A stretch of DNA of 64,000 nucleotides from positions 3,970 through 67,969 of the forward strand of contig CAZNFL010000004.1 in the NCBI GenBank assembly GCA_964572455.1, in the 5' to 3' direction. The notes under the pieces are model-generated. The model made no database searches, had not been told where the DNA came from, and saw nothing but the letters and a program-made list of their open reading frames with translations. This document shows, piece by piece, positions 45,801 to 55,800 of this stretch (within the stretch, counting starts at the first letter, position 1; the number at the start of each line of letters is the position of its first letter). The position numbers were made by a program, and so were the translations under genes. Source of the DNA: an uncultured Anaerolineaceae bacterium (GTDB taxonomy: Bacteria; Chloroflexota; Anaerolineae; Anaerolineales; UBA11579).

Positions 45801-47175
45801 CGAAGGCCTTTGGTTGCGCAGTACCGACAACGTGGCCGACCAGGCCTTGGGCAGCCGCATTTTCGGCCGCGTGGCCGGCCGCAATATTGTCGACCCCAAA
45901 ACGGGTGAGCTCTTGGTGGAAAAAGGCCAATTGCTTGACCATGTGGAAACTCGCGCCGTCGTAGCTGCCGGCGTGCAAGAAGTGTATGTCTTTTCGCCGC
46001 TCACCTGTGAAGCGGTCCAAGGCATCTGCATTAAATGCCATGGCATGGACATGGGCCGCGGCCGCCTGGTAGGCATGGGCGCCGCCGTCGGCATTGTGGC
46101 CGCCCAGTCCATCGGTGAGCCAGGCACCCAGCTCACCTTGCGCACCTTCCACACCGGTGGTGTCGCCGCTGAATCCGACATCACTACGGGTCTCCCCCGC
46201 GTGGAAGAGCTTTTCGAAGCCCGCCGCGCGCCGAAGGGTGAAGCCGTGGTGGCTGAACTGAACGGCACTGTGGAAGTGGCTCAATCCGAGCGCTTCAGCG
46301 ATCTGCGCGTCATCCGCGTTCTGCACAGCGAGATGGTGCACGATGAATACGAGCTCCCCAAGGGCTATCGCCTGTCCGTCAAGGACGGCGACAAGGTGGC
46401 GGCCGGTGCTGTCTTGGCGTCGCTCAAAGGCAACGACCTGAAGGCGGAGAACGCCGGCAAGGTGCGCGTTGAGGACCGAACGGTCTTTGTTTCCTACGAA
46501 CAAAAGGACTCCGTTGAGTATGAGGTGCCTAACACCACCCGCATGCTGATCAAACCTGGCGATAAAGTCGAAGCCGGCCAGGCGCTGACCGAAGGCTCGC
46601 TGAACCCGCACAATATTCTGCGCATCCAGGGACGCGATGCCTGCTATATTTACCTGCTCAATGAGGTGCAAAAGGTTTATCGCTCCCAGGGCCAGAATAT
46701 CCACGACAAGCATTTCGAGGTCATCATCCGCAAGATGATGTCCAAGGTGCAGTTGACCCGCCCCGGGGATACCGGCTACCTGCCCGGGGATTACGTCAAC
46801 CGCTTGGATATCGCCAAGAAGAACGAGGAACTGCTGGCCGAGGGCAAAGAGTCCGGCAAATTTGTTGAAGTGCTGCTGGGCATCACCAAAGCCTCCCTCA
46901 CCACCGACTCCTTCCTCTCGGCGGCCTCCTTCCAGCACACCATCAAGGTGCTGGCAGGCGCGGCGATTGCCGGCCAGCGCGACGCGCTCACTGGCTTGAA
47001 AGAGAATGTGATCCTGGGCAAGCTGATCCCGGCTGGCACCGGGCACATCGCCAACGTCCACCTGCTGCCGCCGCCCGAGCAGCGCAAAGAGGTCCTGATC
47101 GAAGCGCCCTTGGGCGAGGCGGGCCTCGGCTTGTTGCCCGAAACCCCCGTCAAGCCGCTGCCCGAAGGCGAATAA
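42886..47175 (+). CDS. rpoC: DNA-directed RNA polymerase subunit beta'
   Basis: 1429 aa. Zn finger [20 protein letters not shown]. Catalytic NADFDGD. GGAGG RBS 11 nt upstream. Confidence 0.97.
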   Translation: METKGLLSLRISLASPETIRSWSYGEVLKPETINYRRLRPEKDGLFDEAIFGPTRDWQCYCGKYKNIRYKGIVCDKCGVEVTRSSVRRERMGHISLAAPVAHVWYTRRVPSYLGLLLDISRRNLDRVLYFAQYVVTYVDQDARQKALARLDEEISAVEKQHATTINTQIADIKKERDEKLADLDKRTKEIETRYDEELAAKIDPIIKEGQRLEAKLQDQLGKESRAGINFAATKAVIVKAGDTVANKHISSVQKEVRNFLNEKEKEAVQRKQKDLERMAVERASTKAEADLAMNKLRLSLEEKDGPAQDEQLQAREELENLRPLTFMGENRYRELRARYGQVFRADMGAEAFYDILERIDLDKLAEELWHELRTSRSKQRRRKATSRLRVVESFRRSSNRPEWMILTVLPVIPPDLRPMVQLDGGRFATSDLNDLYRRVINRNNRLKRLLELGAPDVIVRNEKRMLQEAVDSLIDNSQRGKALSRRGRRELKSLSDLLKGKKGRFRRNLLGKRVDYSGRSVIVVGPQLKLFQCGLPKSMALELYKPFVISQLVAKNYAANVKGAKRIIDRNRPEVYEVLEEVIKDRPVLLNRAPTLHRLGIQAFEPVLIEGSAIQLHPLVTTAFNADFDGDQMAVHVPLSRKAVWEARELMLSTRNLLKPADGEPIIGPSKDMVLGAYYLTIEPQKVDSKDHPRAFSDMDEVEMAYQLGSVKLHTPISLRTETWYDEKNVRLPQAQTRMVETSVGRVLFNLVLEPEIRFVNRRMDKGTIKDLIAEMLQVTGDEERTTNVADRIKDIGFKFATRSGTTIAISDITIPEEKKGIVASAMEREEAVEEDFRRGLLTDQEQNERVIEIWQETTTKVADAVRKHMDPLGNLATMANSGATKGGFSSISQLAGMRGMMADPSGRIIPLPIRSNFREGLTTLEYFISTHGSRKGLADTALRTADAGYLTRRLVDVAQDVITTIEDCGTDEGLWLRSTDNVADQALGSRIFGRVAGRNIVDPKTGELLVEKGQLLDHVETRAVVAAGVQEVYVFSPLTCEAVQGICIKCHGMDMGRGRLVGMGAAVGIVAAQSIGEPGTQLTLRTFHTGGVAAESDITTGLPRVEELFEARRAPKGEAVVAELNGTVEVAQSERFSDLRVIRVLHSEMVHDEYELPKGYRLSVKDGDKVAAGAVLASLKGNDLKAENAGKVRVEDRTVFVSYEQKDSVEYEVPNTTRMLIKPGDKVEAGQALTEGSLNPHNILRIQGRDACYIYLLNEVQKVYRSQGQNIHDKHFEVIIRKMMSKVQLTRPGDTGYLPGDYVNRLDIAKKNEELLAEGKESGKFVEVLLGITKASLTTDSFLSAASFQHTIKVLAGAAIAGQRDALTGLKENVILGKLIPAGTGHIANVHLLPPPEQRKEVLIEAPLGEAGLGLLPETPVKPLPEGE

Positions 47176-47190
47176 ACATTACCTAAGATG

Positions 47191-47227
47191 AAAAAAAAGC
47201 GGCCCGCATTGCGGGCCGCTTTTTTTT
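47191..47227. terminator. bidirectional intrinsic terminator
   Basis: aaaaaaaa-GCGGCCCG-catt-CGGGCCGC-tttttttt, between convergent rpoC and 47243(-). Confidence 0.85.
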
Positions 47228-47242
47228 CGTCGCACCTGACTC

Positions 47243-48349
47243 TCACGGTTTGAACACCTCATCCAACGGCGGCAACTCGCCGCCGCAATTCTGCCGGTAC
47301 CAGGCCGCTTCGGCGGCGTAATTGTCTTTGGCAAACTCCTGGGCCGCATCGCCGATCTGGGCGGCCTGCTCCAGATTTAGCAGGGCGGCCGTATCCCAGT
47401 AGCGCGGCAGCAGCATCAACGGATCGTTGTACGCGCGCTCCTCTTCCCCCTGCGGGATCCAATTGAAGAGCAAGGGACCGCGCGAATGGATCGTGAAACC
47501 CAACTCGAAGCCGGCTTCGTGGGCCACCTGCACACCCAGTGACGTATAGTTGCCTCCCGGCCAGATGTAGGCCAGGGGAGTCTCGCCAAAATGCTCTTTC
47601 AAAACCGGGACGGAGCCCGCGATCTCCTCGCGCACAAGCTCCTCGGCCGTGTCCGCATTCAAATAAATGTGATTGAGCCCATGCGATTGAATGTCGAAAT
47701 ACCCAGTCTCATTCAGCCGCTCGATCCAGTCCCACAAAGACTCGCCCGGTAACCTTCCTTTGCGCTGGTCGGTGTCGCTTTGGGCGATCCACGCCAGCGT
47801 CAGCGTCCAGTCGTTCTTTTCAAGGATCGGCAGAAAGTAATCTTCGGCGGTGCCCGGCCGCCGGTCATCCAGGATCAGGATCATGGAACGGGCCGGAATT
47901 TTTGCGTTGTTCAACAGGAAATCCAGCAACTCTTCGGCAGTGATCGTCTCATACCCAAGGCCCTCAGCCAATCCGATGATTTCCTTGAACGTTTTGTAGT
48001 TTATGTCCTGGGATTGGGTAGGCGTCCCGCCTCCCTTGAGGATGCTGTGGAACATGATTGGCGCCACCACCGTCCCCGGCAGGGCGCCTGCGGGGTCCCA
48101 GCGCTGCTCCAGGGTTGCGCAACTGTCTTCGATATATTCCGCTGGCTCGATGCCGCCTCTCAAGACTTCGCTGTCAAAGGTCGCTGGCGGTGGGGCGGCG
48201 GGCTCTTGTGTCGGCGTGGAGCTTGGCGTTTGAGTTGGCTCTAATGGTTCGAGGGTGAGAGTCGTAGTTGGGCTGACGGTTTCGCTTGCAGGAACTTCCG
48301 CATTTGCCAACGACCCGCAGGAAACCAGCAGAAGTAACGCAAAGACCAT
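47243..48349 (-). CDS. polysaccharide deacetylase (NodB/CE4-like) lipoprotein
   Basis: About 368 aa from ATG 48349 (MVFALLLLVSCGS). LILDDRRPG, QSHGLNH and IWPGGNY motifs. The longer track ORF would overlap the upstream gene. Confidence 0.7.
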   Translation of the reverse strand: MVFALLLLVSCGSLANAEVPASETVSPTTTLTLEPLEPTQTPSSTPTQEPAAPPPATFDSEVLRGGIEPAEYIEDSCATLEQRWDPAGALPGTVVAPIMFHSILKGGGTPTQSQDINYKTFKEIIGLAEGLGYETITAEELLDFLLNNAKIPARSMILILDDRRPGTAEDYFLPILEKNDWTLTLAWIAQSDTDQRKGRLPGESLWDWIERLNETGYFDIQSHGLNHIYLNADTAEELVREEIAGSVPVLKEHFGETPLAYIWPGGNYTSLGVQVAHEAGFELGFTIHSRGPLLFNWIPQGEEERAYNDPLMLLPRYWDTAALLNLEQAAQIGDAAQEFAKDNYAAEAAWYRQNCGGELPPLDEVFKP

Positions 48350-48443
48350 CACTAACAGTTTTTGATTGCTTATAGGATGCAAGGGGCAATGCTCTGTCAA
48401 AAACGGCAACGCAGGATTATACAGCTTAGGGTTGGAGCTTGAG

Positions 48444-49595
48444 CTAAGGCTTCTGGACTGTGAAGTAGCTGTAGTGGTAAGCGATCTGTTGATCCTTAAC
48501 CCCCAGCGAATCTTTGCCATCCAGCACGCGGCCTCCATTGGATTCTGCCGTCCAGGTGAGCGTGTGGATATTGTCCTTCTGCGTGCGCCCGGTGATCACA
48601 AAGCGGCCGCCAGGCAGCGTCTCGCGCAGCAGGCTGTTGTACCAGCGCAAAATGGCTTCCGTGCCCTGCAGGGTGCGGCCGGCGGTCACGTGCACCCCGC
48701 GCGGGCTATACAGGGCGGCCACTTGCACGGGGTCATTAGAATTCAATGCGTCCAGATAGCGGATGGAGAGGTCCACCGGCTCGTCCGGTCCTGGCGCCGG
48801 CCACGCAAAGTTACTGATCGTGTCCCACAGGACCGTGCTGGTTTTTCGGGTGTAATACCATTCCCAGAAATTGGCGCCGGGCAGCCCGAATTCCCTGGCT
48901 GCCTGCATGAATTCGATGATCTGTTGTGGCGTGGGCGCCCAGCTGCCCTCGGGGTAAGCGCAGCCGGTCGGCAAGATCGGCCGCCACACGCGCAAGCCCT
49001 GGTATTCGCGTATCGAGCGCAACAATTGCTCAGCGGGGTTGTAGTTTTTCACCCAATAGACCTGGGGCATATTGAAGTCGCAATATTCCAGGAAGGTATC
49101 GAAAGGCAGTGGCTGGTGGTAGACCGGATAGCGATAGGAACTAAACGCGATCGGGGTGTTGGGTAGGCCTTTGCGCAGTTCTTCCATATAGCGTCCGGCG
49201 ATCACGTCTTTGCCTTTTTCTTTAAATTCCACCTCGGCGTTGACCACAAAGCCGTTCAGGTTGAATTGGTTCACCCGTTGCACGGCGATGCGCGCTTCAG
49301 TAAATGGATCGCGCCCGTAAATATATTGCCAGCCCCAGGGCTGCACGCCGCGCATCCGCAGGGCGCTGACCAGGGCGGGCACGTGGTCGAAATTGGTGTC
49401 CTTGTCCACGTTGTAAGCCCGGCTGCCGTCCGCGACTTTGATGAGCACATGGCTCAAGCCGGCCTGGCGCGCCAGATCGGCGATCGCGTTTGGGTTGCCC
49501 CCTTCGACGCGGCTGATGATCCAGAGGTACATACCCTTGCCTTGCAGGAAGGTCATGCCTTGTGAAGTAGCAAGTTTTGTGCCTAAATCCCCCAT
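48444..49595 (-). CDS. putative TIM-barrel glycoside-hydrolase-like domain + C-terminal NTF2/SnoaL-like domain protein
   Basis: 383 aa. RBS GGGGGAG. The N-part resembles lysozyme/GH25-like barrels (weak, from memory). The C-part is YLDALNSNDPVQVAALYSP... Confidence 0.4.
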   Translation of the reverse strand: MGDLGTKLATSQGMTFLQGKGMYLWIISRVEGGNPNAIADLARQAGLSHVLIKVADGSRAYNVDKDTNFDHVPALVSALRMRGVQPWGWQYIYGRDPFTEARIAVQRVNQFNLNGFVVNAEVEFKEKGKDVIAGRYMEELRKGLPNTPIAFSSYRYPVYHQPLPFDTFLEYCDFNMPQVYWVKNYNPAEQLLRSIREYQGLRVWRPILPTGCAYPEGSWAPTPQQIIEFMQAAREFGLPGANFWEWYYTRKTSTVLWDTISNFAWPAPGPDEPVDLSIRYLDALNSNDPVQVAALYSPRGVHVTAGRTLQGTEAILRWYNSLLRETLPGGRFVITGRTQKDNIHTLTWTAESNGGRVLDGKDSLGVKDQQIAYHYSYFTVQKP

Positions 49596-49607
49596 AAAAC
49601 TCCCCCT

Positions 49608-50183
49608 CTAACTAGATGTTTGAACCCCTTCCAGCCCCAGTTCGGTGGCCTGCGCCTGCATAGCCGCCAGCACGTTGCCTACATGCTCCCACAGCTCCAC
49701 GCCGAATTCCGTGGCCGCCGCTTCCATCTCGTCCCGCTTGGCCCCGGCGGCGAAGGCCTTGTCCTTCCACTTGTTCTTGATCGATTTCACGCTCACGTCG
49801 CCAATCGCTTTCGAAGGCCGCACCAGGGTCACGGCGGTGATCAGCCCCGTGATCTCGTCGCAGGCATACAGCGCCTTCTGCATGCGTGTCAGCCGCGGCA
49901 CCCCGCTGTGCTCCGCGTGGCTCAGCACGGCCTGTATGGTTTCCTCAGGCACGCCTCGCTGGCGCAGGATCTCCGCTCCCGCTTGCGGATGCTGCTCCAG
50001 GGTGGGGTGGATCTCCCAATCGAAGTCATGCAATAATCCTGCCACTCCCCAAGCCTCTTCATCTTCGCCGAACAGCCTGGCGTAATGGCGCATGGCGGCC
50101 TCCACAGCCAGCATGTGCCGCACCAGGCTTTCGTTCTTCACGTGCTCGCGCACGATGTCGAGCGCTTCTTGGCGGGTTGTCAT
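49608..50183 (-). CDS. HD/HDIG-domain phosphohydrolase
   Basis: 191 aa. VRHMLAVEA and LLHDFDWE metal-binding motifs. Confidence 0.6.
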   Translation of the reverse strand: MTTRQEALDIVREHVKNESLVRHMLAVEAAMRHYARLFGEDEEAWGVAGLLHDFDWEIHPTLEQHPQAGAEILRQRGVPEETIQAVLSHAEHSGVPRLTRMQKALYACDEITGLITAVTLVRPSKAIGDVSVKSIKNKWKDKAFAAGAKRDEMEAAATEFGVELWEHVGNVLAAMQAQATELGLEGVQTSS

Positions 50184-50252
50184 GAACTAACGTCCTCGTT
50201 GAGCGAGGGGCATTTTAGCATCCTAGCCCCGCTAGGTGTTGGATTGGGACCG

Positions 50253-50261
50253 CTTGTCAAG
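50253..50261. promoter_or_regulatory. 9-bp palindrome CTTGTCAAG
   Basis: 70 nt upstream of the HD gene start (50183, minus strand). Immediately after the phnE stop. Confidence 0.3.
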
Positions 50262-52094
50262 CTAGGTATACCGCTCGCGGACCACCGAACTAACATAGTC
50301 CAGGGTGGCCACCACCACCGCAATGGCCAGCATCTGCGTGCTGGCCGCCCGGTAGTTGAGCAGATTGATGTTCTGCTGCAGCAGGAAGCCGATGCCGCCG
50401 CCGCCCACAAAACCGATAATGGTCGACATACGTACGTTGATATCCCAGCGATACAGGGTATAGGCGATGTAAGGCGGGATGATCTGCGGCACTACCGCAT
50501 ATACGATGGTTTGCAACCGGTTGGCTCCCGTCGCCTGGATAGCTTCCATCGGCCCCGCGGCGATGCTCTCCACTTGCTCCGAATATAGCTTGGCCAGGCT
50601 CACGATGGTGTGCAGCCCTAGCGCCAGCATGCCGGCGAAGGGGCCGATACCCACCGCGATCACGAACACGATCGCCATGACCAAGGCTTCCACGGAGCGC
50701 AAGGCATTGAGGAAAGTGCGCGTGACGTAATAGATCACGATGCCGATAGGCAGCGTATCTTTAGGTTTCGTGCGCAGGGCGGCAAATGCGCCTAGTGCCG
50801 CGCCCAACGCGGCCAGACCCCAGAAGGTGAGAGCGGGGTTGCCAATCTCGTATAGCCAATCAATGATCCACCCGAACACCACGAAAAAAGTAGCGCCAGT
50901 CAGCGCGGTGATCGCAATGTTCATAATGCGCACGGTTTGCGCGGACAGCCGCTCGGCGGCCAGTTGCCCCAGGCGGCCAAGCAGGGAGCCCATGGCCGCC
51001 CCGCCGATGAACGCGGCAATGAATGGGATCAGCGTTCTTAAGATATCGCCGCCGTGGAACAGGAAGCTGCCCATGAAAGCGAAGATACCGAGCACGTCGC
51101 TCAATTGGGTGCCCAACGAAGTCATTAACCCAGCCAACGCGTAAAGCCAATACAGCGTCAACACGACCAGGCCGAGCAAAGCCAATTGCCGCGCGATGCG
51201 TACTTCAAGTTTAGGCAGCTCGATTACTTCAGCCGGCACAGCCCAGCGGAAGACAAAAAGGCCGACCACTGGAAGGATGAAAACACTAAGTCCCGCAATT
51301 AACGTGGACTCGACATATGGCTCACTAAAAGCTCCCAGCCAATTTGCCAGCTGGTAAGCCAGCCCAATACCGACCAACCAGCCTAACGCGGTCAGGGACA
51401 CAGCCGCCAGCGGGCTGCGCATAGTTTTCATTAGGTTGCGGGCAGCAATGAAACTCAGCGGCACCGCCAGGACCGTGCCGATAGTGGTCGCTAGCAGCGC
51501 CAGGAAAATGGTCTCGATGATCTTGTCCCAGGTATCGTGGGCCGTCTGGGTGAAATGTGGCGCCCCGATGCTGCGCCGCACGATCACGCGAATGAATTGG
51601 ACTTGGTCGCTCTCGCGCTCCGCTATTACGAAATCAGCCGCGAAATGGCCGCTCGCGTCTGTGGTGATGAAGTCGCGCCCCAGCGACACGTTGTTGTTGG
51701 GGTCGTTGCCTGGCACAAAGCGCAGCGGGCCCTCCGCGTTAGGCAGGAAATTGAAGCCCTCCACAGCCACGGTTTCCCCGGGGGCCGCGCAGCCCGGGGA
51801 AATCACCAGGCGCGGACCTTCTTCGGGCGCCGGCTCGACCTCCGGCAGGTTGCCTTCCGGGCAGGGCACCAGGATGGGGGCGTTGATCGTGATCTCCTCC
51901 TGGTCGTAAGCGATGATATCGGGGCGGGCCAATAAGCGGATCACGCGCACCAGGCTTTCCTGGCGGCGTTCTTCGCGCAGCTCGCCCAGGTTCACCTGGG
52001 TGACTTCCGTCCCGTAGGCGTAGATGATGATGACCAGAAAAACGGTCAGGCCGAGGCCGAGCGATCTCCAAATGTTGGCTTTTTTCTTTTGCAT
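50262..52094 (-). CDS. phnE: phosphonate-type ABC transporter permease (PhnE-like) with N-terminal extracytoplasmic extension
   Basis: 610 aa. One N-terminal TM, then a hydrophilic domain of about 170 aa, then about 12 TM helices. PhnE-like C-terminus ...LDYVSSVVRERY. Confidence 0.72.
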   Translation of the reverse strand: MQKKKANIWRSLGLGLTVFLVIIIYAYGTEVTQVNLGELREERRQESLVRVIRLLARPDIIAYDQEEITINAPILVPCPEGNLPEVEPAPEEGPRLVISPGCAAPGETVAVEGFNFLPNAEGPLRFVPGNDPNNNVSLGRDFITTDASGHFAADFVIAERESDQVQFIRVIVRRSIGAPHFTQTAHDTWDKIIETIFLALLATTIGTVLAVPLSFIAARNLMKTMRSPLAAVSLTALGWLVGIGLAYQLANWLGAFSEPYVESTLIAGLSVFILPVVGLFVFRWAVPAEVIELPKLEVRIARQLALLGLVVLTLYWLYALAGLMTSLGTQLSDVLGIFAFMGSFLFHGGDILRTLIPFIAAFIGGAAMGSLLGRLGQLAAERLSAQTVRIMNIAITALTGATFFVVFGWIIDWLYEIGNPALTFWGLAALGAALGAFAALRTKPKDTLPIGIVIYYVTRTFLNALRSVEALVMAIVFVIAVGIGPFAGMLALGLHTIVSLAKLYSEQVESIAAGPMEAIQATGANRLQTIVYAVVPQIIPPYIAYTLYRWDINVRMSTIIGFVGGGGIGFLLQQNINLLNYRAASTQMLAIAVVVATLDYVSSVVRERYT

Positions 52095-52098
52095 GGCC

Positions 52099-52851
52099 TT
52101 AACCTACCCGCTCGGCCTCTTGCCCATAGATCTCTTTGAATTTGCTGTCATCTATTTTTTTGGGATGTCCTTCAAAAACCAGCTTGCCCTGGTTTAGCGC
52201 CACCACGTGTCCTGCATAGCGGTGGACCAGGTCGAGAAAGTGGAGCGAGCAGATCACCGTCACCTTGTCTTCTTTATTGATGATCTCCAGGTATTTCATG
52301 ATGCTGTGCGCCAGCACAGGATCCAGGCTGGCCACGGGCTCATCCGCCAGGATGATGCTGGGGTCCTGCATCAGGGCGCGGGCGATGCCCACCCGCTGCT
52401 GCTGCCCGCCGGAAAGTTCGTCGGCGCGCACCCGCGCTTTATCGGCGATGCCCACCCGTTCCAGTTGGCGGATGGCTTTTGCGATATCTTCTTTAGGAAA
52501 GTGATTGATCAGGCTGAACGCCGGATTGATATACCCCAGCCTCCCGGCCAGCACGTTGGTGATCACCCGGGAACGGTTCACCAGGTTGAAATGCTGAAAC
52601 ACCATGCCGATCTTGCGCCGCATGCGGCGCATTTCCTCCGGCGAGAGGCTCACCAGATCCACGCCGTCCCAGATGATCTGCCCGCTGGTGGGCTCGATCA
52701 GCCGGTTGATGCAGCGCAGCAGTGTGGATTTGCCAGAGCCGCTCAGCCCGATGACGGCCATAAAATATCCGTCGGGGATATCAAAGCTCACATTATCCAG
52801 CGCGGTTACCCCGCTGTCATAAATTTTTGTGAGGTTTCGGATCTGCAGCAT
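52099..52851 (-). CDS. phnC: phosphonate-type ABC transporter ATP-binding protein
   Basis: 250 aa. Walker A GLSGSGKST. LSGGQQQR. Walker B ILADEP. LRCINRLIEPTSG is typical of PhnC. Confidence 0.85.
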   Translation of the reverse strand: MLQIRNLTKIYDSGVTALDNVSFDIPDGYFMAVIGLSGSGKSTLLRCINRLIEPTSGQIIWDGVDLVSLSPEEMRRMRRKIGMVFQHFNLVNRSRVITNVLAGRLGYINPAFSLINHFPKEDIAKAIRQLERVGIADKARVRADELSGGQQQRVGIARALMQDPSIILADEPVASLDPVLAHSIMKYLEIINKEDKVTVICSLHFLDLVHRYAGHVVALNQGKLVFEGHPKKIDDSKFKEIYGQEAERVG

Positions 52852-52970
52852 GCTGGCTCCTGGTCGCTGGTGGGCCTGCCGGGGTCAACTCCGCGCTTTG
52901 GAAAGATGATTATAAATAATAAGTGCAATTTTAGGAACGGTGCGCTCGCTGGTTCGTCAACTTGGTAACA

Positions 52971-53002
52971 AAAAGGGGCAGGGTGTTAACCCTGCCCCTT
53001 TT
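52971..53002. terminator. intra-operon hairpin/attenuator between phnD and phnC
   Basis: aaaa-GGGGCAGGG-tgttaa-CCCTGCCCC-tttt, 19 nt downstream of the phnD stop. Confidence 0.6.
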
Positions 53003-53020
53003 GTTTAGGCGTCTACCGAT

Positions 53021-54151
53021 TTAGCGGAAGTCGTCCAGGGTCTGGCCGGTGACGGCAAGCAGATCCCGGATGATGTCGTAGTCAGCATCCGTGGCTGGGT
53101 AGATGCCGGACCAGCCATAGAAGTCTGGGTGGCCGATCGATTCATCCCATGCGGGAGTCTCAGCGAAGGCCAGCAAAGCCGCTTCGATCTGAGCGCGCAG
53201 CTCAGCCGGGAACTCAGGCCCGAAGGACAGGGTATCGTTCGGGATTGCGTCAGTCAAGTCGAGGAGGCGAACTTGCTGCATTACATCTGGGGCCTCGGTG
53301 CGGATATTGGCGCGGGCGTCCAGGACTTGCCAGCCATCACAAAGCAAGGCCTCGCCATCATCGCTCGGGGCGCAGTTAGCGATCACCTCTTCCGGAACAT
53401 CATACATATCCGGGGTAACGTCGCCAGCCAGATATTCATCATACGTCCACGCAGGTTCACCTTCGGGCGTGAGAGGAACACTGTAGAACGTGGTGCCAAA
53501 ATCCACTTCGCCGTTGTACACCGCCAGAGCCGACTGGTTGTGCCCGCCGGTTTCAACAGCTTCGGCCGGGGTAATGCCTAGGCTATTGAGGGTGATCTGT
53601 GGGAAGAGGTAACCGGAAGTAGAAGTCACGCTTCCATACCCCCAGGTTAGATCTTCTATTGCTGCCAGATCTTCCAGTGTTTGGACTTCGCTGTCGCGCG
53701 GCACCAGGAATTGGGCCCAGTAAACCGGGAAGCCAAAGCGTACGGCCTTGAAGGCCACGTCTACACCGCACAGGTCATTGGCCAGCACGTAACCGAGGGC
53801 GGGGATGAATGCCATGGTGTCCTCGGGCGAGGCGCAGGTCTCTTCGATGGTGGCGGCGTAGGAGGTGGGGACAGAAACTTCAAAGAATAAGCCGGTGGCT
53901 TCGTTGAGCGCCGCGGCCAGCACTTCGCCGCCGGTCACGATAACGGTGGTGTCGACCGAGGGAACGAACAAAACCTTGATCGGGTGCGCCTCGGTGCCGA
54001 TGTCCGTGACGGTGGGTTCGGCGGTGGGCTCGGGCGGGGCCTCCGTAGGGGCGGGCGCCTCGGTGGTGGCTACTGCCGCTGGGCCGCATGCGGCCAACAG
54101 GATTGCAGCAACCGCCATCAAGCTGAAAAGTAGGACTAACCGATTCTTCAT
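53021..54151 (-). CDS. phnD: phosphonate-type ABC transporter substrate-binding lipoprotein
   Basis: 376 aa. Lipobox ILLAAC. Pro/Thr/Glu linker. PhnD-like core IKVLFVPS...FIPALGYV...WAQFLV. RBS AAGGAG. Confidence 0.8.
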   Translation of the reverse strand: MKNRLVLLFSLMAVAAILLAACGPAAVATTEAPAPTEAPPEPTAEPTVTDIGTEAHPIKVLFVPSVDTTVIVTGGEVLAAALNEATGLFFEVSVPTSYAATIEETCASPEDTMAFIPALGYVLANDLCGVDVAFKAVRFGFPVYWAQFLVPRDSEVQTLEDLAAIEDLTWGYGSVTSTSGYLFPQITLNSLGITPAEAVETGGHNQSALAVYNGEVDFGTTFYSVPLTPEGEPAWTYDEYLAGDVTPDMYDVPEEVIANCAPSDDGEALLCDGWQVLDARANIRTEAPDVMQQVRLLDLTDAIPNDTLSFGPEFPAELRAQIEAALLAFAETPAWDESIGHPDFYGWSGIYPATDADYDIIRDLLAVTGQTLDDFR

Positions 54152-54324
54152 ACGATTTCTCCTTCTTCTTAGGTTGGGGTCTTTTGAGCGACCTTGTCGC
54201 TCGCCTCGCCATCATAACTCACAACCTGCATGCCTTACCTTAAAAATTCCACCATATGTAGCGGTTAACCGAAAATCCTTTCTCAAGTCAATTGTTATTG
54301 GCTAGCAAAGTACAATTCTGCCCC

Positions 54325-55623
54325 ATGCTGGCAACTTTGAATTCCTTTCCTGATCTCGGCGCTCGGCCGCAAGGCTCCATGAGCGCCGCCGCGTTCACTC
54401 TGGAAAATATCACTTGGTTGACGGCGGCTCTGGGCCATCCCCAGCAGCAATACCCCAGCATCCATGTGGCCGGCACCAACGGCAAGGGCTCGGTCAGCGC
54501 CCTATGCGCTTCGGCTCTGCAGGCCGCTGGCTTGCGCGCGGGGTTGTTCACCTCGCCACACTTGCGCGGCCCGCTGCAGGGCATCTCGATCGATGGCAAG
54601 GTAGTGGCGCAAAGCGAGCTTGAAACCACCTTCGAAAGCTTGCGCCCGCACTTGGAACCCCGCTCGGACTGGACCCAATTTGAAGTCGTGACCGCTCTGG
54701 CCTTCCTGCATTTTGCCCGCGCAAAGGTGCAAGCGGCCGTCATCGAAGTCGGTTTGGGCGGCCGCCTGGATGCCACCAACGTACTGACTCCCCTGGTCTC
54801 GGTGATCACCCCGATTGATTATGACCACACCTCCATCCTGGGCAACAGCCTACCTGAGATCGCCGCCGAGAAGGCCGGCATCATCAAGCCCGGCGTCCCT
54901 CTCGTCCTGGCGCCCCAGCCACCAGAGGTGCGCGAAGTTATAAAAAAAACCGCTAAAGCCAAAACTCACATAATTGAAGTTGGCGAGGACTTTTTGTTTG
55001 AAGCCGGGGATTTTGATCTTTCCGGGCAGGATTTTCAAATTTGGCCCGCGTCGCAGCCGGCTCAAAAAACGGCCTTGCGTATTTCCCTCTTAGGGGCTCA
55101 TCAAGTCGTGAACGGAGCCACCGCCTACGCCGCGCTGCAAGTTGCTAAACGTCATGGGCTGGCTTTGGATGGCGACGCTATTCGCCGCGGCTTTGCGGCC
55201 GCCCGCTGGCCGGGCCGCTTCGAGGTCTTGCAAACGAAACCCGCCCTGTTGCTCGACGCGGCTCATTCGCCCCACGCAGCCCGCGCCTTGCGCCGCGCCC
55301 TGGATGATTATTTCCCTGAAACTCCAGCGACCCTGGTGCTCGGCGTCTCCGCCGACAAAGACTTGGCCGGGATCATAGACCCATTGCGCCCGCGACTCGG
55401 CTTGGTGATCGCTACCCAATCCGCCCATCCGCGCGCCATGCCCGCAGCCGAATTGCAGCGCCGCCTGGCCGCCCTGGGCCAGGCCGCCGAAGCGCAGCCC
55501 GCCCCGGCCGCTGCCTTGCAGCGTGCCCTGGCGTTGGCGGATGAGGGCGGATTAGTACTGGTAGCGGGATCGGTGTTTCTTGTGGAAGAGGTCAGAGAGG
55601 CTTATTTGTCAAAAACGTTCTAA
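54325..55623 (+). CDS. folC: folylpolyglutamate synthase / dihydrofolate synthase
   Basis: P-loop HVAGTNGKGS, and VGLGGRLDATNV. ATG 54325 is preferred over the track TTG at 54292. Confidence 0.85.
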   Translation: MLATLNSFPDLGARPQGSMSAAAFTLENITWLTAALGHPQQQYPSIHVAGTNGKGSVSALCASALQAAGLRAGLFTSPHLRGPLQGISIDGKVVAQSELETTFESLRPHLEPRSDWTQFEVVTALAFLHFARAKVQAAVIEVGLGGRLDATNVLTPLVSVITPIDYDHTSILGNSLPEIAAEKAGIIKPGVPLVLAPQPPEVREVIKKTAKAKTHIIEVGEDFLFEAGDFDLSGQDFQIWPASQPAQKTALRISLLGAHQVVNGATAYAALQVAKRHGLALDGDAIRRGFAAARWPGRFEVLQTKPALLLDAAHSPHAARALRRALDDYFPETPATLVLGVSADKDLAGIIDPLRPRLGLVIATQSAHPRAMPAAELQRRLAALGQAAEAQPAPAAALQRALALADEGGLVLVAGSVFLVEEVREAYLSKTF

Positions 55624-55713
55624 TGGAGTGGGGCTGCATGGAACCCAATCCCCTACGTCGTCGAGCCGCCGCTTTCACCTCTATGTCACCTGAGCCTCCG
55701 TCCACACCTCGGT

Positions 55714-55747
55714 GTCACTCTGAGCGCAGCGAAGAGCTATCCGAATC
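55714..55747 (+). repeat. CTGAG...CGAAG hairpin element, minimal copy D
   Basis: gtcactCTGAGCgcaGCGAAGagctatccgaatc. Stem, tandem G.A/A.G, GC pairs. Confidence 0.55.
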
Positions 55748-55800
55748 TTGCTTGACAATCGGCCTCAATTTGCCTCTAACCGCGCCTTTCATGCTATGTA

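Noticed and set aside
45748-47061. 437-aa ORF on the minus strand
   Set aside because: It lies entirely antisense to rpoC and has Ala/Gly/Arg-rich, low-complexity composition. This is a typical high-GC antisense artefact.
52207-52968. 253-aa plus-strand ORF
   Set aside because: Antisense to phnC.
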